DNA of 64,000 bases from an uncultured Chloroflexia bacterium (lineage in GTDB: Bacteria > Chloroflexota > Dehalococcoidia > UBA2979): NCBI GenBank assembly GCA_963728205.1, contig CAVSIV010000001.1:864001-928000 (forward strand). Direction: 5' to 3'. Every line of letters starts with the position of its first letter. Positions within the stretch are counted from its first letter, which is position 1. Shown here one piece after another: positions 62,556-64,000 of this stretch. The notes below the pieces were generated by a model. It made no database searches, had not been told where the DNA came from, and was given only the letters and a program-made list of their open reading frames with translations. Made by a program: the position numbers and the translations under genes.

Positions 62556-62714
62556 GGGGCGCTCCGGCGAGCGGCGAGACTCACCCTGCCGAGTCGGCGA
62601 AGTCGTCGCTCGGCACGATCAGTCCGGCCGCGCGACGCAGAGGCGGTCGCGCACGATACGCTTTCTCGACGTGCCGTGTGCCGTCGCACCGCGCACGCCG
62701 GGGGGGACCGCATC

Positions 62715-64000
62715 GTGGTCATCGCGCTCTACGTCGCGGACGTGGCGAAGTCGTTCGCGGGGCGGCCCGTGCTCGAGGGGGTCTCGTGGGAGATCCCGGA
62801 GCACGACGTCGTCGGGCTCGTCGGGCCGAACGGGGCCGGCAAGTCGACGCTGCTCAAGATCATCGCCGGCATCGACGACGCCGACGGCGGGACGGTGTCG
62901 TTGCAGCCGGGCGTCACCGTCGGCTACCTGCCGCAGGAGCCGGCGCTCGACCCGTCGCGCACGATCCTCGAGGAGGTGCTGGCGGCGCACGAGGCGCTCG
63001 CGACGCTCGAGGCCGAGATGGCGCGCCTGGAGGCGCGCATGGGCGACCCGGCGGTTTACGGCGACGCGGACGCGCTCGCCGCCGTGATGGAGCAGCACGC
63101 GGCGGCGGTTGCGCGCTTCGAGCACCTCGACGGGCGCGGCTACCGCGGCCGCGTCGAGCGCACGCTGCGCCGGCTCGGCTTCGCGCCCGAGGACTTCGAC
63201 CGCTCGACCGTCGGGCTGAGCGGCGGCGAGAAGAAGCTCGTCGCGCTGGCGCGGCTGCTCGTAACGCGGCCGGCGGTGCTGCTGCTCGACGAGCCCGACA
63301 ACCACCTCGATCTGCGCGGCAAGGCACTGCTCGAGCGCGTGATCGCGGAGCACCCGGCTTCGGTGGGCGGCGGCGCGGTCGTGCTGATCTCGCACGACCG
63401 CTACCTGCTCGACGTCGTCTGCGACGCGATCGCCGAGGTGCAGCCCGCGGGGCAGCACCCCGGGCGGCCGCAGCTGTCGGTGTTCGCGGGGAACTACTCG
63501 GAGTACATGGCGGAGAAGCGGCTCGCGCTGGAGCAGCAGGAGAAGCTGCACGTCGTGCAGGAGCGCGAGGCGCAGCGGCTGCAGCGGTCGATTCTGCGGC
63601 TGAAGGACTTCTCGTCGGGCGGGCAGAACGAGAAGATCGTGCGCCGCTGGAAGAGCATGGAGAAGCGCCTCGAGAAGCTGCCGCGCACCGAGCGGCCGAT
63701 CCTCGAGCCGCGCCGCATGGGGCTCGAGCTCACCGCGGAGCGCGGCAGCAAGCGCGCGCTGGAGCTGATCGGCGTGCGCCGCGCCTTCGGCGAGCACGAG
63801 GTGCTCGCCGGCGTGGACCTGCTGCTGCTCGCCGGCGACCGCGTCGGGCTCGTTGGCCCGAACGGCGCGGGGAAGTCGGTGCTGTTCCGCGTCGCGCTCG
63901 GCCAGGACGAGCCGGATGAGGGCGCGGTGAAGACCGGCCCGAGCGTCACGGTCGGCTACTACGCGCAGGAGCACGAGACGCTCGACCCCGACCGCAGCGC
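62715..64000 (+). CDS. ABC-F family ATP-binding protein (3' truncated by window edge)
   Basis: GPNGAGKST, GYLPQE, LSGGE, LLLDEPDNHLD, ISHDRY, then a second Walker A (GPNGAGKS). No TM segments. Confidence 0.92.
   Translation, partial: MVIALYVADVAKSFAGRPVLEGVSWEIPEHDVVGLVGPNGAGKSTLLKIIAGIDDADGGTVSLQPGVTVGYLPQEPALDPSRTILEEVLAAHEALATLEAEMARLEARMGDPAVYGDADALAAVMEQHAAAVARFEHLDGRGYRGRVERTLRRLGFAPEDFDRSTVGLSGGEKKLVALARLLVTRPAVLLLDEPDNHLDLRGKALLERVIAEHPASVGGGAVVLISHDRYLLDVVCDAIAEVQPAGQHPGRPQLSVFAGNYSEYMAEKRLALEQQEKLHVVQEREAQRLQRSILRLKDFSSGGQNEKIVRRWKSMEKRLEKLPRTERPILEPRRMGLELTAERGSKRALELIGVRRAFGEHEVLAGVDLLLLAGDRVGLVGPNGAGKSVLFRVALGQDEPDEGAVKTGPSVTVGYYAQEHETLDPDRS

Overview
A very GC-rich, core-genome window of a bacterial chromosome. 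It is probably Chloroflexota (Dehalococcoidia-like); this is inferred from ftsZ-nrdR-nrdJ linkage, a GAAC-N4-GTTC LexA box, a long PriA and the repeat families seen. It holds a class II ribonucleotide reductase (nrdJ) with nrdR, a near-complete dcw cluster (mraZ to ftsZ, without murE and murB), mog-trmD-rplS, priA, def-yajC-secD-secF, hemW-zinc ribbon-selB, aspS, a peptide ABC transporter, tig-clpP-clpX, tlyA-NAD kinase, fumC/mdh/icd, a carboxyltransferase, hydantoinase/oxoprolinase A and B, and an ABC-F ATPase. I found no CRISPR array, tRNA, rRNA, transposase or prophage, and no clearly new multi-gene system. The unusual signals lie inside housekeeping genes and spacers: (1) FtsZ has a 288-aa in-frame N-terminal extension plus an internal SD-ATG, which could give two isoforms. 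(2) SecF carries a linker-flanked SH3b-like domain. (3) TrmD is fused to a NUDIX domain. (4) NrdR has an acidic tail with a QASLF clamp-like motif, next to an nrdJ promoter with a LexA box and DnaA-box-like repeats. (5) Several REP/REPIN-like inverted-repeat families occur, one copy in frame inside selB. (6) murD contains a 4x30-bp repeat. (7) mdh appears to start at CTG. (8) Three +1 frameshifts (nrdJ, ftsA, ftsQ) can all be repaired at the centre of a CGATC site and are probably modification-linked sequencing errors.
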